From a virus (lineage: Duplodnaviria; Caudoviricetes): 55,043 nucleotides of DNA. Location of the stretch: the IMG/VR virus record IMGVR_UViG_3300048838_000123, positions 1-55,043 of that record; one strand, given 5' to 3'. Of the stretch, positions 34,795 to 44,748 are shown one piece after another (within the stretch, counting starts at the first letter, position 1; the number at the start of each line of letters is the position of its first letter). The notes beneath the pieces are model-generated. The model was given only the letters and a program-made list of their open reading frames with translations. It had not been told where the DNA came from and searched no databases. The position numbers were made by a program, and so were the translations under genes.

Positions 34795-35943
34795 ATGACA
34801 AACTTTCACATCCATATCAGTGACGTCCAGGCATTCAAGAAATGCCGGCGCTTTTGGGACTACAGTTCCCGGTTGCGCAAGGGACTCGAACCCAGACGTA
34901 TGTATGCCCCGTTCTTCACTGGTCGCGCACTGCATGCGGCTCTCGAAGCATGGCATACTGGCAAGGGCGATCTGTTCGCCACTGCCGAGAACTTCATCGC
35001 ACACAGCCGTGACGAGCTGAAGGCAGGCGGCTACTGGGAGCGCCAGCAGACCGAGTTCAACGAACAGGCTGCACTGGTGCGCGCCATGCTGTCCAACTAT
35101 CTCGAGTGGTGTGCCTACTACAAGGGCGAGTACGCCAACGACGAACTGGAGTTCATTGCCACAGAGGTCGACTTCAACGTGCCCCTTCGCAGCCCCACGA
35201 ATCCTCGAACCGACATCACGTTCTCTGGCCGCTTCGACGGACTCGTCAAGCACAAGCCAACGAACACTGTGTGGGTGTGGGAGACCAAGTCCACAGCCAA
35301 TGTCGACATGTACATCAACGGCCTCGATCGCCACGAACAGGCGACAGCATACACTATTGCAGCCGGCTACGTCCTGAAGCAGCCAGTCGCAGGTGTACTG
35401 TTCAACATCGTTCGCAAGAAGGCGATGCCGGAGACCAACGTGCTGAAGGATGGCACACTCAGTAAGGCCAAGACCTCTGACATCCCTGCACGCGTGTACC
35501 TGAACCGCATTCGCGAGCACCACAAAGACGACCTCGACATCATCGCCCGCGACACTCGTGCGCTTCTCGGTGAGGGCATTGAACAGCCGGAAGAGCTGGT
35601 CGAGAAGGAAGTCAAGCTGGCGCAGGACAAGTGGATCAAGCGCATGTACGGCGAGACGCTGGAAGCATTGGTTGAAGCCGACCGCCAGTACGTCGCACGC
35701 ATCCCGCTGGTCAAGACGCCCGAAGAGAAAAAGACGTTCTTGAAGGAGCTGTGGCAGGTTGCCATCGACATGGTCAACCCGAACATCCCCATCTACCGCA
35801 ACGAGTCCGACTGGAACTGCCAGCGCTGCCTTTACAAGTCACCGTGTGCTGCCAACAAACTGGGCGCCGACGAAGACTTGATCGTCAACCTGGACTACCA
35901 GCCGCGCACGTACGAAGCACACGCACTGTCGGTCGAGGAGTGA
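34795..35943 (+). CDS. Cas4/RecB-like PD-(D/E)XK exonuclease
   Basis: FKKC.R, G..LH, GRFDGL...WETKS, Q...Y, C-terminal CxxCxxxxxC. Confidence 0.85.
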   Translation: MTNFHIHISDVQAFKKCRRFWDYSSRLRKGLEPRRMYAPFFTGRALHAALEAWHTGKGDLFATAENFIAHSRDELKAGGYWERQQTEFNEQAALVRAMLSNYLEWCAYYKGEYANDELEFIATEVDFNVPLRSPTNPRTDITFSGRFDGLVKHKPTNTVWVWETKSTANVDMYINGLDRHEQATAYTIAAGYVLKQPVAGVLFNIVRKKAMPETNVLKDGTLSKAKTSDIPARVYLNRIREHHKDDLDIIARDTRALLGEGIEQPEELVEKEVKLAQDKWIKRMYGETLEALVEADRQYVARIPLVKTPEEKKTFLKELWQVAIDMVNPNIPIYRNESDWNCQRCLYKSPCAANKLGADEDLIVNLDYQPRTYEAHALSVEE

Positions 35944-35944
35944 C

Positions 35945-36751
35945 ATGTCGTTCAAGAAGGCAGACACATCCTCACCCAAGTTCCTGAAGCTGTGGTTGTT
36001 CGGGCCTGGCGGGTCGTACAAGACTCGCACAGTCGCCAGCGCAGCACTCGACGAACGTAGCTCGCCAGCACTGATCGTTAGCTTCGCAGGCAACCCAGTC
36101 AGCTTCACCGACTACGCGAAGAAGCCAGACGTCGTCGAAGTGTCCAGCATCAACGATCTGAACCTGTTGTACACGTGGCTGGCGAACAAGATGCCGGCAG
36201 ACCACAACCTGGTCAAGCAAGTCGGCCTGACGCCAGGCTACAAGACGATTGCGATCGACACCGTTACCGAACTGCAGCGCGAAGTGTTTCAGGTTGTGCA
36301 GGGCACCGGTACGAGCGGCATCGTCGACATTCCACCGGCAATGGAACAGTCGCACTTCGGCAGAGGTCTGGCTGTGCTGACTAAGTTCGCGCGCATGATG
36401 TACGCGCTACCTATGCACGTCATTTTGACCGCGCAAGAAGGTGACAAGACCAATCCGCAAACACTACTGACTACTTTCAATCCGCTGGTGTGGGGCCAGT
36501 CCGTTCGCGAGGTGGCAGGCTATGCGTACGCAGTTGGACGCATGGCTGCAGCGTCTAGTCTGCCATCGGACGTGAACCGTGTGATCAGAGATTCGAAACT
36601 ACCTACGCCCCAGTACTGCGCGATTTCGTTTCGCCCCAGCATTCAGTCGCCGCTGCTGAAAGACCAGTACGGCACGCTGGGCCCAGTAATGGTAGACCCG
36701 AGTATCACCAAGATGCTCGATGCACTACAACGTGATGGAGCGACTAAGTAA
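35945..36751 (+). CDS. Sak4-like (AAA_24) recombination ATPase
   Basis: KLWLFGPGGSYKT, TIAIDTVT, HVILTAQE; Cas4-Sak4-SSB synteny. Confidence 0.8.
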   Translation: MSFKKADTSSPKFLKLWLFGPGGSYKTRTVASAALDERSSPALIVSFAGNPVSFTDYAKKPDVVEVSSINDLNLLYTWLANKMPADHNLVKQVGLTPGYKTIAIDTVTELQREVFQVVQGTGTSGIVDIPPAMEQSHFGRGLAVLTKFARMMYALPMHVILTAQEGDKTNPQTLLTTFNPLVWGQSVREVAGYAYAVGRMAAASSLPSDVNRVIRDSKLPTPQYCAISFRPSIQSPLLKDQYGTLGPVMVDPSITKMLDALQRDGATK

Positions 36752-36780
36752 CCTACTGATTCAAACCGGAGAAACAAACC

Positions 36781-37278
36781 ATGACACAAGAAGATATGTC
36801 CGCAGGCGCGTACGAGATCGAGTTGGCCATTGACCTCGATTCGATTCCCGATGCTACCGAAACGATCCCGGCCGGCAAGTACAATGCCGAGATCGCGTCG
36901 GCAGTGCCCGGTAAGTCGAAGGCGGGGCAGCCCAAGATCGAACTGCGCTGGAAGATCATCGAGCCCATGTTCGAGACCGACGCCAAGGTCGAGAACCGCT
37001 CTGTGCTCGATTCGATCAGCTTCCACCCGAACAAGATGGGCATCACGAAGCAGCAGCTGAAGGCGCTCGGCGTCACAGGCCAGCTGAACATTGCACTCGG
37101 CGACCTCGCGGCACAGCTGCTGGGTATCCGCACAGGCATCGTGGTCGACATCGAGAAGGGTGTGAACAAGGATCCGCAGACCGGCGAAGTCTACCCTGAC
37201 CGCAACCGCATCAAGAAGATCTCGCCGAAGCTGTTCACGCCAGACGGGGGCGTCGACAACCTGCTGTCCGAGGACTAA
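36781..37278 (+). CDS. DUF669-type single-stranded DNA-binding protein
   Basis: IPAGKYNAEI...SKAGQPKI...W.I...NRIKK; acidic tail. Confidence 0.75.
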   Translation: MTQEDMSAGAYEIELAIDLDSIPDATETIPAGKYNAEIASAVPGKSKAGQPKIELRWKIIEPMFETDAKVENRSVLDSISFHPNKMGITKQQLKALGVTGQLNIALGDLAAQLLGIRTGIVVDIEKGVNKDPQTGEVYPDRNRIKKISPKLFTPDGGVDNLLSED

Positions 37279-37302
37279 AGCATAGCGAGCTCCATCACGG
37301 CT

Positions 37303-39732
37303 ATGCAGCAGTTTCTACAGCAGTTCTGTTACGGGCCGGGCTTGCTGGCGATCGCGACCAAGCATGTAGCGAACGTCGAGTTCTACAGCAAGCCGCCGGA
37401 CAGGATCCCAGAAGACACGGAGGTTTGGTTCGCGCCTGCGCTACGACGTAGCAAGGGCATGAACAAAGCCGATGTAATGGGGAGTGTTGCACTGTGGGCA
37501 GATGTTGACAACGAACAGCTGCCCACTGTTGTTCTACCTCCTACAGCCGTCGTGCGCAGTGGTCACGGCTGGCACCTGTACTGGTTCTTAGCACAACCGG
37601 TAGACGACACTGCGCTTCTCGAACGCTACAACCAGCTCATACTCGCCGACGTCGATGGCGCGGACATGAGCACATGGAACTGCAACAGACTACTACGTGT
37701 ACCAGGCACAGTCAACCTTAAAGATCCGCGCGACCCACGTTCGGTCATGCTATATGCTACTAACTGGTCGCTTCGCTATCGCGTTGAAGACATTGTCGCG
37801 GTTTCGAAACTCGATCCGAACACGGCATTTAGGATTAAGACCGGGCACACTCGGGGTTTCAAGACACGCAGCGAGCGCGACTGGGCTGTGCTGCGGGAGA
37901 TGCGGAAGCACGGTATCTCGTACGAGACCTGTGAACTCATCTTCAAGGCACACAAGATCGGGGACAAGCTGCGCGACGATAATGGTGCTGAGTACTTCAA
38001 GCATACGTGGGAGGCGCTCTCAACTAAACACGCCAAGGAGCTCACTGTTACTGGCAAGGAGCCACAAACAAAAGGAGCTGCTGCGGCCCCTGAACCGTTC
38101 AGCATACAGGAGCGACCTGACGGATACTACAAAGGTCTGAAGCGCCTTAGCACGTTCACATTCGAACCGCAGCTGCTGCTAGACGGATCGGCGAACAATG
38201 CCGAAGACGCTCTCGTCGGATCGGTGGAAGCGAATGGCTACAAGTGGGAGAACATAACGTTCAACCGCAAGTCGTTCACCGAGATACGTGCGCTAGACAA
38301 AGAGTGCCCTGTCGCAGCGTGGCAGTGGCTAGGCAACGACAACGACCTGCGAGCACTGCTGCCGTACTTGATCGATCGCCTGAAGACGCAGGGATTACCG
38401 CGTGTGCTGGCGACACCGCAAATGGGTTTGCACTTCATCAAAGGCGAACCGTTCTTTGTCGGAACCAAGCACACCCTCAGTGCGACCGATGTGTGGACTG
38501 ATTACAAAGGGCCACTGCACTGGTTGCCGAGCAAGCGCGAGCACCCTGAACTCGATCTGACGATCACGCCGCCGACACCAGACCAGGTTAAGATGCTAAC
38601 GATGCAGCTGCCGAACGTTAACGACCCAGAAGTGTTTTGGGTGCTAACAGGGTGGTTCACATCGTCACTGTTCAAGCCTTGGCTGGAGCAACGCAATCGA
38701 AGATTCCCGACACTGAACGTTACCGGCACACGCGGCAGCGGCAAGTCAACGCTAGTCACTAAGATGATGATGCCGTTGTTCGGGCAGTCGACGGCAAAGG
38801 CATACGACGCAGGCACAACTCGGTTCGTAGCACTGTCGCTGTTGGGCGCAAGCAATGCAACGCCTGTGAACTTCAGCGAGTTCAGGTACGAGACGTCGAC
38901 AGGCTTCGAGCGCTACATTCGATTGGCATACGATACAGGTCACGACCCGCGTGGTCGTCCTGACCAAACGACAGTCGACTATCCGCTCAGTGCGCCAATG
39001 GTGGTCGACGGCGAAGACCTGATCACAGATCCGGCAACACAGCAACGATTGGTAGTCGCGCTACTGCGCCCGGCAGTCGTTGCAGAACGAACGTTGGGGC
39101 ACACCACCTGGAACAGTTTGCGCGACAAACTTCCGAAGGGCTTTGGCGGGTGGATTACGCAGTACGCTGTCAGGGCAATCGCCACAGGTCTAGCAGACAC
39201 TTGGCTAGCCGAAGCGACAGAGGCTGTGCAGAAAGAGTTCACAGTCTCTATCCCAGACCGCGTTCGCAACAACCACATCGTGACGTACTTCGGCATGATA
39301 GTGTGGTGCAACGCTTTGCAGTGTGCATTGCCGCCAGCCGACGTACTAACGCGAAGCATCAGGGCGGTGTGCAACCTTGACGTAGGCCGTAGCCGCATTG
39401 CAGCAGACGACTTTGTGGAAGCAGTGGTCAACGAAGTCGCACGGCGTCCACAGTTGGCTCCGTTCAAGTGGGCGTTAGGCGATGACGGCAAAGTGTTGTT
39501 CGTTCAGCTGACACCTGCACACGCATGGTGGGCTGCAGTACGACAACGCGCACGGAAGGCTGCACTTGAACTTGCCGCAATCCGAAACCAGGTAGCCGAG
39601 ACAGACTACTTCGCCGGCACCAAGGCAATGAACGGGGCAATGATGTACGGGATTAACTTGCAACGAGCATGCGACGCAGGACTAGACATCGTGTCGCAGA
39701 TCGACGCAAGCCAAATTAGCATTACGTATTAG
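37303..39732 (+). CDS. Primase (RepB'/AEP-like) - helicase (DUF927-like) fusion
   Basis: WADVD, SGHGWHLYW, RLLRVPGT.N.K; Walker A GTRGSGKS. Confidence 0.85.
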   Translation: MQQFLQQFCYGPGLLAIATKHVANVEFYSKPPDRIPEDTEVWFAPALRRSKGMNKADVMGSVALWADVDNEQLPTVVLPPTAVVRSGHGWHLYWFLAQPVDDTALLERYNQLILADVDGADMSTWNCNRLLRVPGTVNLKDPRDPRSVMLYATNWSLRYRVEDIVAVSKLDPNTAFRIKTGHTRGFKTRSERDWAVLREMRKHGISYETCELIFKAHKIGDKLRDDNGAEYFKHTWEALSTKHAKELTVTGKEPQTKGAAAAPEPFSIQERPDGYYKGLKRLSTFTFEPQLLLDGSANNAEDALVGSVEANGYKWENITFNRKSFTEIRALDKECPVAAWQWLGNDNDLRALLPYLIDRLKTQGLPRVLATPQMGLHFIKGEPFFVGTKHTLSATDVWTDYKGPLHWLPSKREHPELDLTITPPTPDQVKMLTMQLPNVNDPEVFWVLTGWFTSSLFKPWLEQRNRRFPTLNVTGTRGSGKSTLVTKMMMPLFGQSTAKAYDAGTTRFVALSLLGASNATPVNFSEFRYETSTGFERYIRLAYDTGHDPRGRPDQTTVDYPLSAPMVVDGEDLITDPATQQRLVVALLRPAVVAERTLGHTTWNSLRDKLPKGFGGWITQYAVRAIATGLADTWLAEATEAVQKEFTVSIPDRVRNNHIVTYFGMIVWCNALQCALPPADVLTRSIRAVCNLDVGRSRIAADDFVEAVVNEVARRPQLAPFKWALGDDGKVLFVQLTPAHAWWAAVRQRARKAALELAAIRNQVAETDYFAGTKAMNGAMMYGINLQRACDAGLDIVSQIDASQISITY

Positions 39733-39739
39733 GAGGAAC

Positions 39740-40027
39740 ATGGATCGAAATGGAGGTATGACACGCGAAGAGATGCTCGCAAAGCTATCGCCTGAGGAAC
39801 GGGCACAACTCGCGGCCGAAGAGAACGCAGCCAACGCACCTGGGTTCGCAGTGGCAATGGCGCTGTTAGCCGCAGCGTGCTTCGGTGTCTCGATCGTTAC
39901 GGCATTGGTCGGCAAGGCAACAGGCGACGCCTTGTTTTGGGCCATAGCAGTTGTGGTCGCGTTGTTGGGCGTTGTGCCGAGCGTGGGCCTGCTGTGGGCA
40001 TTCTTTACTCGAGGGAACAATGGCTGA
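39740..40027 (+). CDS. Two-TM membrane protein
   Basis: AGGAGG SD; hydrophobic C-terminal half. Confidence 0.7.
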   Translation: MDRNGGMTREEMLAKLSPEERAQLAAEENAANAPGFAVAMALLAAACFGVSIVTALVGKATGDALFWAIAVVVALLGVVPSVGLLWAFFTRGNNG

Positions 40028-40724
40028 TCAAAAGGGATCTGTGGTAGTGATCAGTGGCGGGCTCGATAGCACTACGCTACTGCACTACGTTGTCAAGCGA
40101 CTGCGGCTGAATGACCAACCGATATTCGCATTGACGTTCGACTACGGGCAGACACTCGTACGCGAAATCGAATGCGCGAAGTACCAGTGCGAGCTTCTGG
40201 GCGTGCCTCACCAGGTCATCGATCTGAAGCACCTGGCACAGCAGCTGTTCAGCACCAGCGCGCTGCTGCAGGGCACAAGCATCCCAGACGTTGAAGCTGT
40301 GATGGGCGACCCACAGCCAGTGACGTACGTGCCGAATCGCAACACACTGTTCGTGGAGATCGCGACTGCGTTCGCCGAGAACAACAATTGCGATACGGTC
40401 TACATCGGAATCCAGCGGCACGACTTGTACGGCTACTGGGATACGACGCCGCAGTGGGCAAAGGCGATCAACGGTGTGCATGCATTGAATCGCAAGAACC
40501 AAGTGTGGGTCTCGGCACCGTTCGTCAACTACACCAAGGCAGCTGAACTCGAACTCGGCATAAAGCTGGGCGTCGACTACAGCAGGACCTGGTCTTGTTA
40601 CAAGGGCGGCGGGAAGGCATGCGGCGTGTGTGCAACCTGTGCCGAACGCATCGCGGCGTTCAAGGCGATTGAAGTCGTCGATCCCGTTCCTTACGAAATC
40701 GAGATCGACTGGAGTACCAAGTAA
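40020..40724 (+). CDS. queC: 7-cyano-7-deazaguanine synthase
   Basis: ISGGLDS, FDYGQ, YVPNRN, WSCY...CGVCATC; start refined to 40020. Confidence 0.95.
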   Translation: MADQKGSVVVISGGLDSTTLLHYVVKRLRLNDQPIFALTFDYGQTLVREIECAKYQCELLGVPHQVIDLKHLAQQLFSTSALLQGTSIPDVEAVMGDPQPVTYVPNRNTLFVEIATAFAENNNCDTVYIGIQRHDLYGYWDTTPQWAKAINGVHALNRKNQVWVSAPFVNYTKAAELELGIKLGVDYSRTWSCYKGGGKACGVCATCAERIAAFKAIEVVDPVPYEIEIDWSTK

Positions 40725-41446
40725 TGTGTGGCATCTTCGGAGTGATCGGGGGTTCGCGTAAGCTGCGAGCGGCGCACATGCAACGCTTCCTGGAACTTGG
40801 GGAGTTGAACTCAAAGCGTGGCGGTCGCGGCTTCGGTTTGGTAGCGGGCAACAGGACGAGCACACTCTCGTTCCAACGTGGCACTGGCAACTTCGCTAGC
40901 CGCGAGTACGATGTGGATCTGCCGATCGGTGTGGACTTCTATCTCGGGCACACGCTGGCGCCGACCAATGGCGACGACGTTACACTCGAGCGCACACACC
41001 CGTTCGAGACAGATCGCTTCCTGTTGGCGCACAACGGTATCCTGCACAACAGCGATGACCTGTTCGCCGAGTGGGGTTTCTTCGAGAACTTGCCCGACAT
41101 CGACAGCGTTGCAATCCTGGCAGGCATCGTTCACTTCATCGCCGAGGGTGACAGCGTCGTCGATGCCATTGTGACTACGGCGTCAGCGTGCCAGGGACAG
41201 TTCGCTTGCTGGCTGTACGACAAGCAAGATGGCGGCATCTATCTGTGGCGAGTCATGTCACCAATCCATGTCGAGATCTATCGGAAGCACACCCCGAAGA
41301 TGCTGCTCTTCAGTTCTGAACCTACCGAGAAGTCAGTACTGATCCCGCAAGGCGAAGTGTTCTCGGTCACACAAGCGGCTGTGCTTACGCCAGTACGCAA
41401 GTTCACATTCTACGATCCCTACTATAGGGGTGAACATCATGCATGA
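40724..41446 (+). CDS. Class II (Ntn) glutamine amidotransferase, Gat-QueC-like
   Basis: MCGIFG, GHT.APT, HPF, AHNGIL.N, DS; TAATG-coupled to queC. Confidence 0.9.
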   Translation: MCGIFGVIGGSRKLRAAHMQRFLELGELNSKRGGRGFGLVAGNRTSTLSFQRGTGNFASREYDVDLPIGVDFYLGHTLAPTNGDDVTLERTHPFETDRFLLAHNGILHNSDDLFAEWGFFENLPDIDSVAILAGIVHFIAEGDSVVDAIVTTASACQGQFACWLYDKQDGGIYLWRVMSPIHVEIYRKHTPKMLLFSSEPTEKSVLIPQGEVFSVTQAAVLTPVRKFTFYDPYYRGEHHA

Positions 41447-41846
41447 GATCAGCAAAGAGTTCACGTTCAGTGCCAGCCACCAGTTGGGGCATCTCGAACG
41501 TGACGACCATCCATGTAAGCGATTGCATGGCCACAACTATATCGTTCGCGTAACGCTACGCGGTACACCAGACGCGAACGGCTTCGTACAGGACTACCGC
41601 GACTTGGACTTCTTCAAACGGTACATCGATGAAGTGTTCGATCACCAGCACCTGAACGAGGTCATGCAGCGCCTCTTCGACCTGCCGCCATATGGAGCAT
41701 CGCGGTTGACGACGGCAGAGAATTTGGCGACGTACTTCTACCACTGGATCGCCGAGAGCGGTAAGTGCCCAGGTCTCTACAGCGTGGCTGTCAGCGAGAC
41801 GCCAAAGACATGGGCGGTCTTCATCCCGGAGGTCGACAATGGATGA
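41439..41846 (+). CDS. queD: 6-carboxy-tetrahydropterin synthase
   Basis: FSASHQL, CKRLHGHNY, DHQHLN, TAENLA, VSETP. Confidence 0.95.
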   Translation: MHEISKEFTFSASHQLGHLERDDHPCKRLHGHNYIVRVTLRGTPDANGFVQDYRDLDFFKRYIDEVFDHQHLNEVMQRLFDLPPYGASRLTTAENLATYFYHWIAESGKCPGLYSVAVSETPKTWAVFIPEVDNG

Positions 41847-42210
41847 TGTACGCCGAACACTTGAACAACGTGGCAGGCAGTACGAACAGGTAGGGCCTAC
41901 GTGGAAGATTGTCGGCCAGATCATCAGCACATTGAACTTGTCGGTGCTGCAGCGCACGCCATACACGCACAACTGGGTGCAGATCCTTGGCAAACTGATT
42001 CGCGCGCTGTCGTCGCCTAACGACCCAGAGCATTGGCGCGACATTGCCGGCTACGCAACATTAGTGCTGGACGACATTACTACTCAGCCGCCACCGACAG
42101 TTGCAAACTACAACAGCGACATGGTGCCGATTACTGAAGCGGACATAGAGAACGCACTACGTGGAGTAGTGCCTACAGGAGATAGCTATGACATCGTACC
42201 AGGTAAATGA
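41839..42210 (+). CDS. DUF6378-like all-helical protein
   Basis: TL..RG.QY...KL.R.....D...W.DIAGYA.L pattern. Confidence 0.65.
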   Translation: MDDVRRTLEQRGRQYEQVGPTWKIVGQIISTLNLSVLQRTPYTHNWVQILGKLIRALSSPNDPEHWRDIAGYATLVLDDITTQPPPTVANYNSDMVPITEADIENALRGVVPTGDSYDIVPGK

Positions 42211-43240
42211 AATCTTTACAAGCGTGCAGGGCGAAGGTTACTGGGTGGGTGTGCCTTCGACGTTCATTCGTTTGCAGGGCTGCCCAGTCGGCTGCAAGTG
42301 GTGTGACAGTGTTCGCACTTGGGGACCAGGTTCGATCACCGAACACTACATGCGTGGCTGGCTGCAAGCAGGCCGACACTTGCCGTTCATGTCCGCGCAG
42401 CCGCAGATTGCCGATCTGGAACGCGAGTACGCGATGCAGCATGGCAGACCGCAGAGCGACTGGCCAGACGACAACTACGATACGCAACGAGGCTTCGTAG
42501 CAGGTGTGATCGATCGCGCCGCGATCTGGTGGCCCGCACGGCCCGAAGCAGCCGTGTCGTTTGCGGCGAGCGGCGAACTGCGCGAAGTGATGCTGACTCT
42601 GCTTCGCAAGCAAGGCATCGAACCTTACATCGATGAGTCGCCAGCCGTGCTCAGCGAGCAGATCATGGTTCCGATGGCGCAAACACAGCTGCTGTTGGAC
42701 TACTACCAACCACGCTTGCCGGTTGCTGGTTGGAAGCCGAATCGCAACGGCAAGCGCATGGTCGTCGATGACATCGTTGACTTGATCGACACGACGCACG
42801 TCATCATTACTGGCGGCGAACCGATCCTGTTCAATCTCGATCCGCTGATCAAAGCGATCCGCGAACGCGACTTGCGCTACATCGCGATCGAGACCAGCGG
42901 TGCCAGCGACTTCAAGGGCAAGGAACGCCCGCAGTGGATCACGTGGTCGCCGAAAGAGAACTTGGGCTTCGATGCGCCTGAAGAGTTCAAGACGCAAGTC
43001 AGCGAAGTGAAGTGGGTCGTCGACGACAAGTTCGAACTGGGCACGGCGATCAAGACAGCGGAGTGGATGGCCAATCACGGCAACGAACCTTCGTTCGTGT
43101 TCATGCCTGAAGGATGTCCGCCAAGCAAGGAGTCGCAGACAAAGGCGTTCGCGATGACGTTGGCGTTCGAACGACTGTTCGGTCATCGCCTGCCAACTCG
43201 GTTCGGGACGCGACTTCAGTACACGTTGGGGGTGCGGTAA
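42188..43240 (+). CDS. queE: 7-carboxy-7-deazaguanine synthase (radical SAM) with ~140-aa insertion
   Basis: EIF.SVQGEG, CPVGCKWCD, ITGGEP, IETSG, WITWSPK. Confidence 0.92.
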   Translation: MTSYQVNEIFTSVQGEGYWVGVPSTFIRLQGCPVGCKWCDSVRTWGPGSITEHYMRGWLQAGRHLPFMSAQPQIADLEREYAMQHGRPQSDWPDDNYDTQRGFVAGVIDRAAIWWPARPEAAVSFAASGELREVMLTLLRKQGIEPYIDESPAVLSEQIMVPMAQTQLLLDYYQPRLPVAGWKPNRNGKRMVVDDIVDLIDTTHVIITGGEPILFNLDPLIKAIRERDLRYIAIETSGASDFKGKERPQWITWSPKENLGFDAPEEFKTQVSEVKWVVDDKFELGTAIKTAEWMANHGNEPSFVFMPEGCPPSKESQTKAFAMTLAFERLFGHRLPTRFGTRLQYTLGVR

Positions 43241-43413
43241 TGGCACCACAAGGCGTTCAGTCTCCACAACCAACAGCACGCGACGCGCAGGCCAGGACGC
43301 AAGCGCGAACTGTGGGGCAACTCGTTCTCGTTATCCTGGCAGCGTCATTGGTGTGCAACTGCGTGCTGTTCAGTACTACCGTTGCACTGTTGGGGGCAGC
43401 AAGTGGCAAGTAA
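43240..43413 (+). CDS. 57-aa single-TM protein
   Basis: TAATG-coupled to queE; hydrophobic C-terminal half. Confidence 0.55.
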   Translation: MAPQGVQSPQPTARDAQARTQARTVGQLVLVILAASLVCNCVLFSTTVALLGAASGK

Positions 43414-43453
43414 GAAGACATTCAACCCGCTAACAAAGCGCATTGAGGAGACA

Positions 43454-44011
43454 ATGAAACCCATTGAAGATGTGGCGCGACTCGCCGACATGTTGACAGA
43501 TATCTTTGGCGTCGAAGCGTTCGATGATGGCGCAGCACAGACAGCTCGCCGCGTGTTCGAGATGTGGCAAGAGTTCGCACCTGAACACGAGATCCCATTC
43601 AAGTTCACGACCTTCGAATGTACCGACCCGCAGATGATCGTGTGTGACCATATCGAGTTCAGCAGCTTGTGTGCACACCACCTATTGCCGTTCTATGGCT
43701 ACGCACATGTCGCGTACATTCCCGCCAAGCTGCAAGTCGGCCTGAGCAAGATCCCGCGACTCGTCAAGTGGCTTGCGAAGCGGCCGCAGGTGCAGGAACA
43801 GCTGACAGCCCAGATCGCCAACGAGATGAAGCATCGACTGGACGCGCATGGCGTAATGGTCGTTGTGGAAGCGCGCCATACGTGCATGTCATGTCGCGGC
43901 GTCGAAGCGCACAATGGCATGATGCGAACGTCGCTGCCAAAGGGTGTGTTCCTATCTAGCCCGGCTGCACGCGACGAGTTCTTTGAACTGATCAAGAGGA
44001 ACGCGCTATGA
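43454..44011 (+). CDS. folE: GTP cyclohydrolase I
   Basis: SLCAHHLLPF.G, GLSK..R, QVQEQLT, HTCM..RG; GAGGAG SD before 43454. Confidence 0.95.
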   Translation: MKPIEDVARLADMLTDIFGVEAFDDGAAQTARRVFEMWQEFAPEHEIPFKFTTFECTDPQMIVCDHIEFSSLCAHHLLPFYGYAHVAYIPAKLQVGLSKIPRLVKWLAKRPQVQEQLTAQIANEMKHRLDAHGVMVVVEARHTCMSCRGVEAHNGMMRTSLPKGVFLSSPAARDEFFELIKRNAL

Positions 44012-44748
44012 AGTATGCCCCCATCACACATGACGTCGACGCACTGGCAGCTGTCGTTCGCGAAACACATTGCGCGTACCACATGTGTTTGGCACCGGCA
44101 GTGTTGCGCGACGATCACTATCGCATAGCGTACGCAGGGCTGGCAAGGCGCGGGCACTTCATCATACTGGACAACGGCGCGGCTGAAGGGCAACGACTCG
44201 ACACTACCGATCTGATATCGGCGGCGAACAAAGTCAGCGCCGATGAGGTTGTGCTACCTGACGTACTGCGCGACAAAGAAGCAACGCTGGCACTGATGCT
44301 GGACGACAGAGTGCTGAACGCGATCCCGCCGGCAATGCGCTGTGTCATTCCACAAGGCGATACGATCGAAGAGTGGTGTGCCTGCTACGACGAGCTCGAT
44401 GTGTTGATCTCGTTTGCGACTGTCGGCATCCCGAAGCATCTCGAACGCTTCCCACAAGGTCGCGCGCAGGCATTGGCACATGTGATCGAACGGGGCGGGC
44501 ATGCGAAGTACAACGTGCACATGTTCGGTGTGTGGGGCGATCTGTACGCTGAGCTCGAGAACGTGCGAGCGTGGAACATGCGGCCATTCATTCGCGGCAT
44601 TGATAGCGCGCTACCGTTTGCGTTGGCACAGCGCGGCGTACACTTGGTCGGCCACAACGGCATCCATGTCTCGTACGAGTGGGGCAAGGCATTCGATCAC
44701 AAGTTGGCTGTGGAGAACGTTGCGACAGCCATGAAGTTCTGCCACTGA
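44008..44748 (+). CDS. DpdA/TGT-like base-exchange transglycosylase (predicted active)
   Basis: IILDNGA, VLPD, VIPQG, HMFG, RGIDS match TGT-fold motifs; lies in the preQ0 cluster. Confidence 0.7.
   Translation: MKYAPITHDVDALAAVVRETHCAYHMCLAPAVLRDDHYRIAYAGLARRGHFIILDNGAAEGQRLDTTDLISAANKVSADEVVLPDVLRDKEATLALMLDDRVLNAIPPAMRCVIPQGDTIEEWCACYDELDVLISFATVGIPKHLERFPQGRAQALAHVIERGGHAKYNVHMFGVWGDLYAELENVRAWNMRPFIRGIDSALPFALAQRGVHLVGHNGIHVSYEWGKAFDHKLAVENVATAMKFCH

Noticed and set aside
42332-42748. Functional intein or group I intron in queE
   Set aside because: No splice-junction residues are visible and the frame is continuous. Retained only as a degenerate-domain finding.
42173-43279. 368-aa antisense ORF opposite queE, and similar long shadow ORFs (40077-40865, 34750-35523, 392-1189, 9696-10406, 22847-23605, 53626-54390)
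   Set aside because: They lie antisense to well-supported genes with no SD or motifs, as expected from GC-rich codon bias
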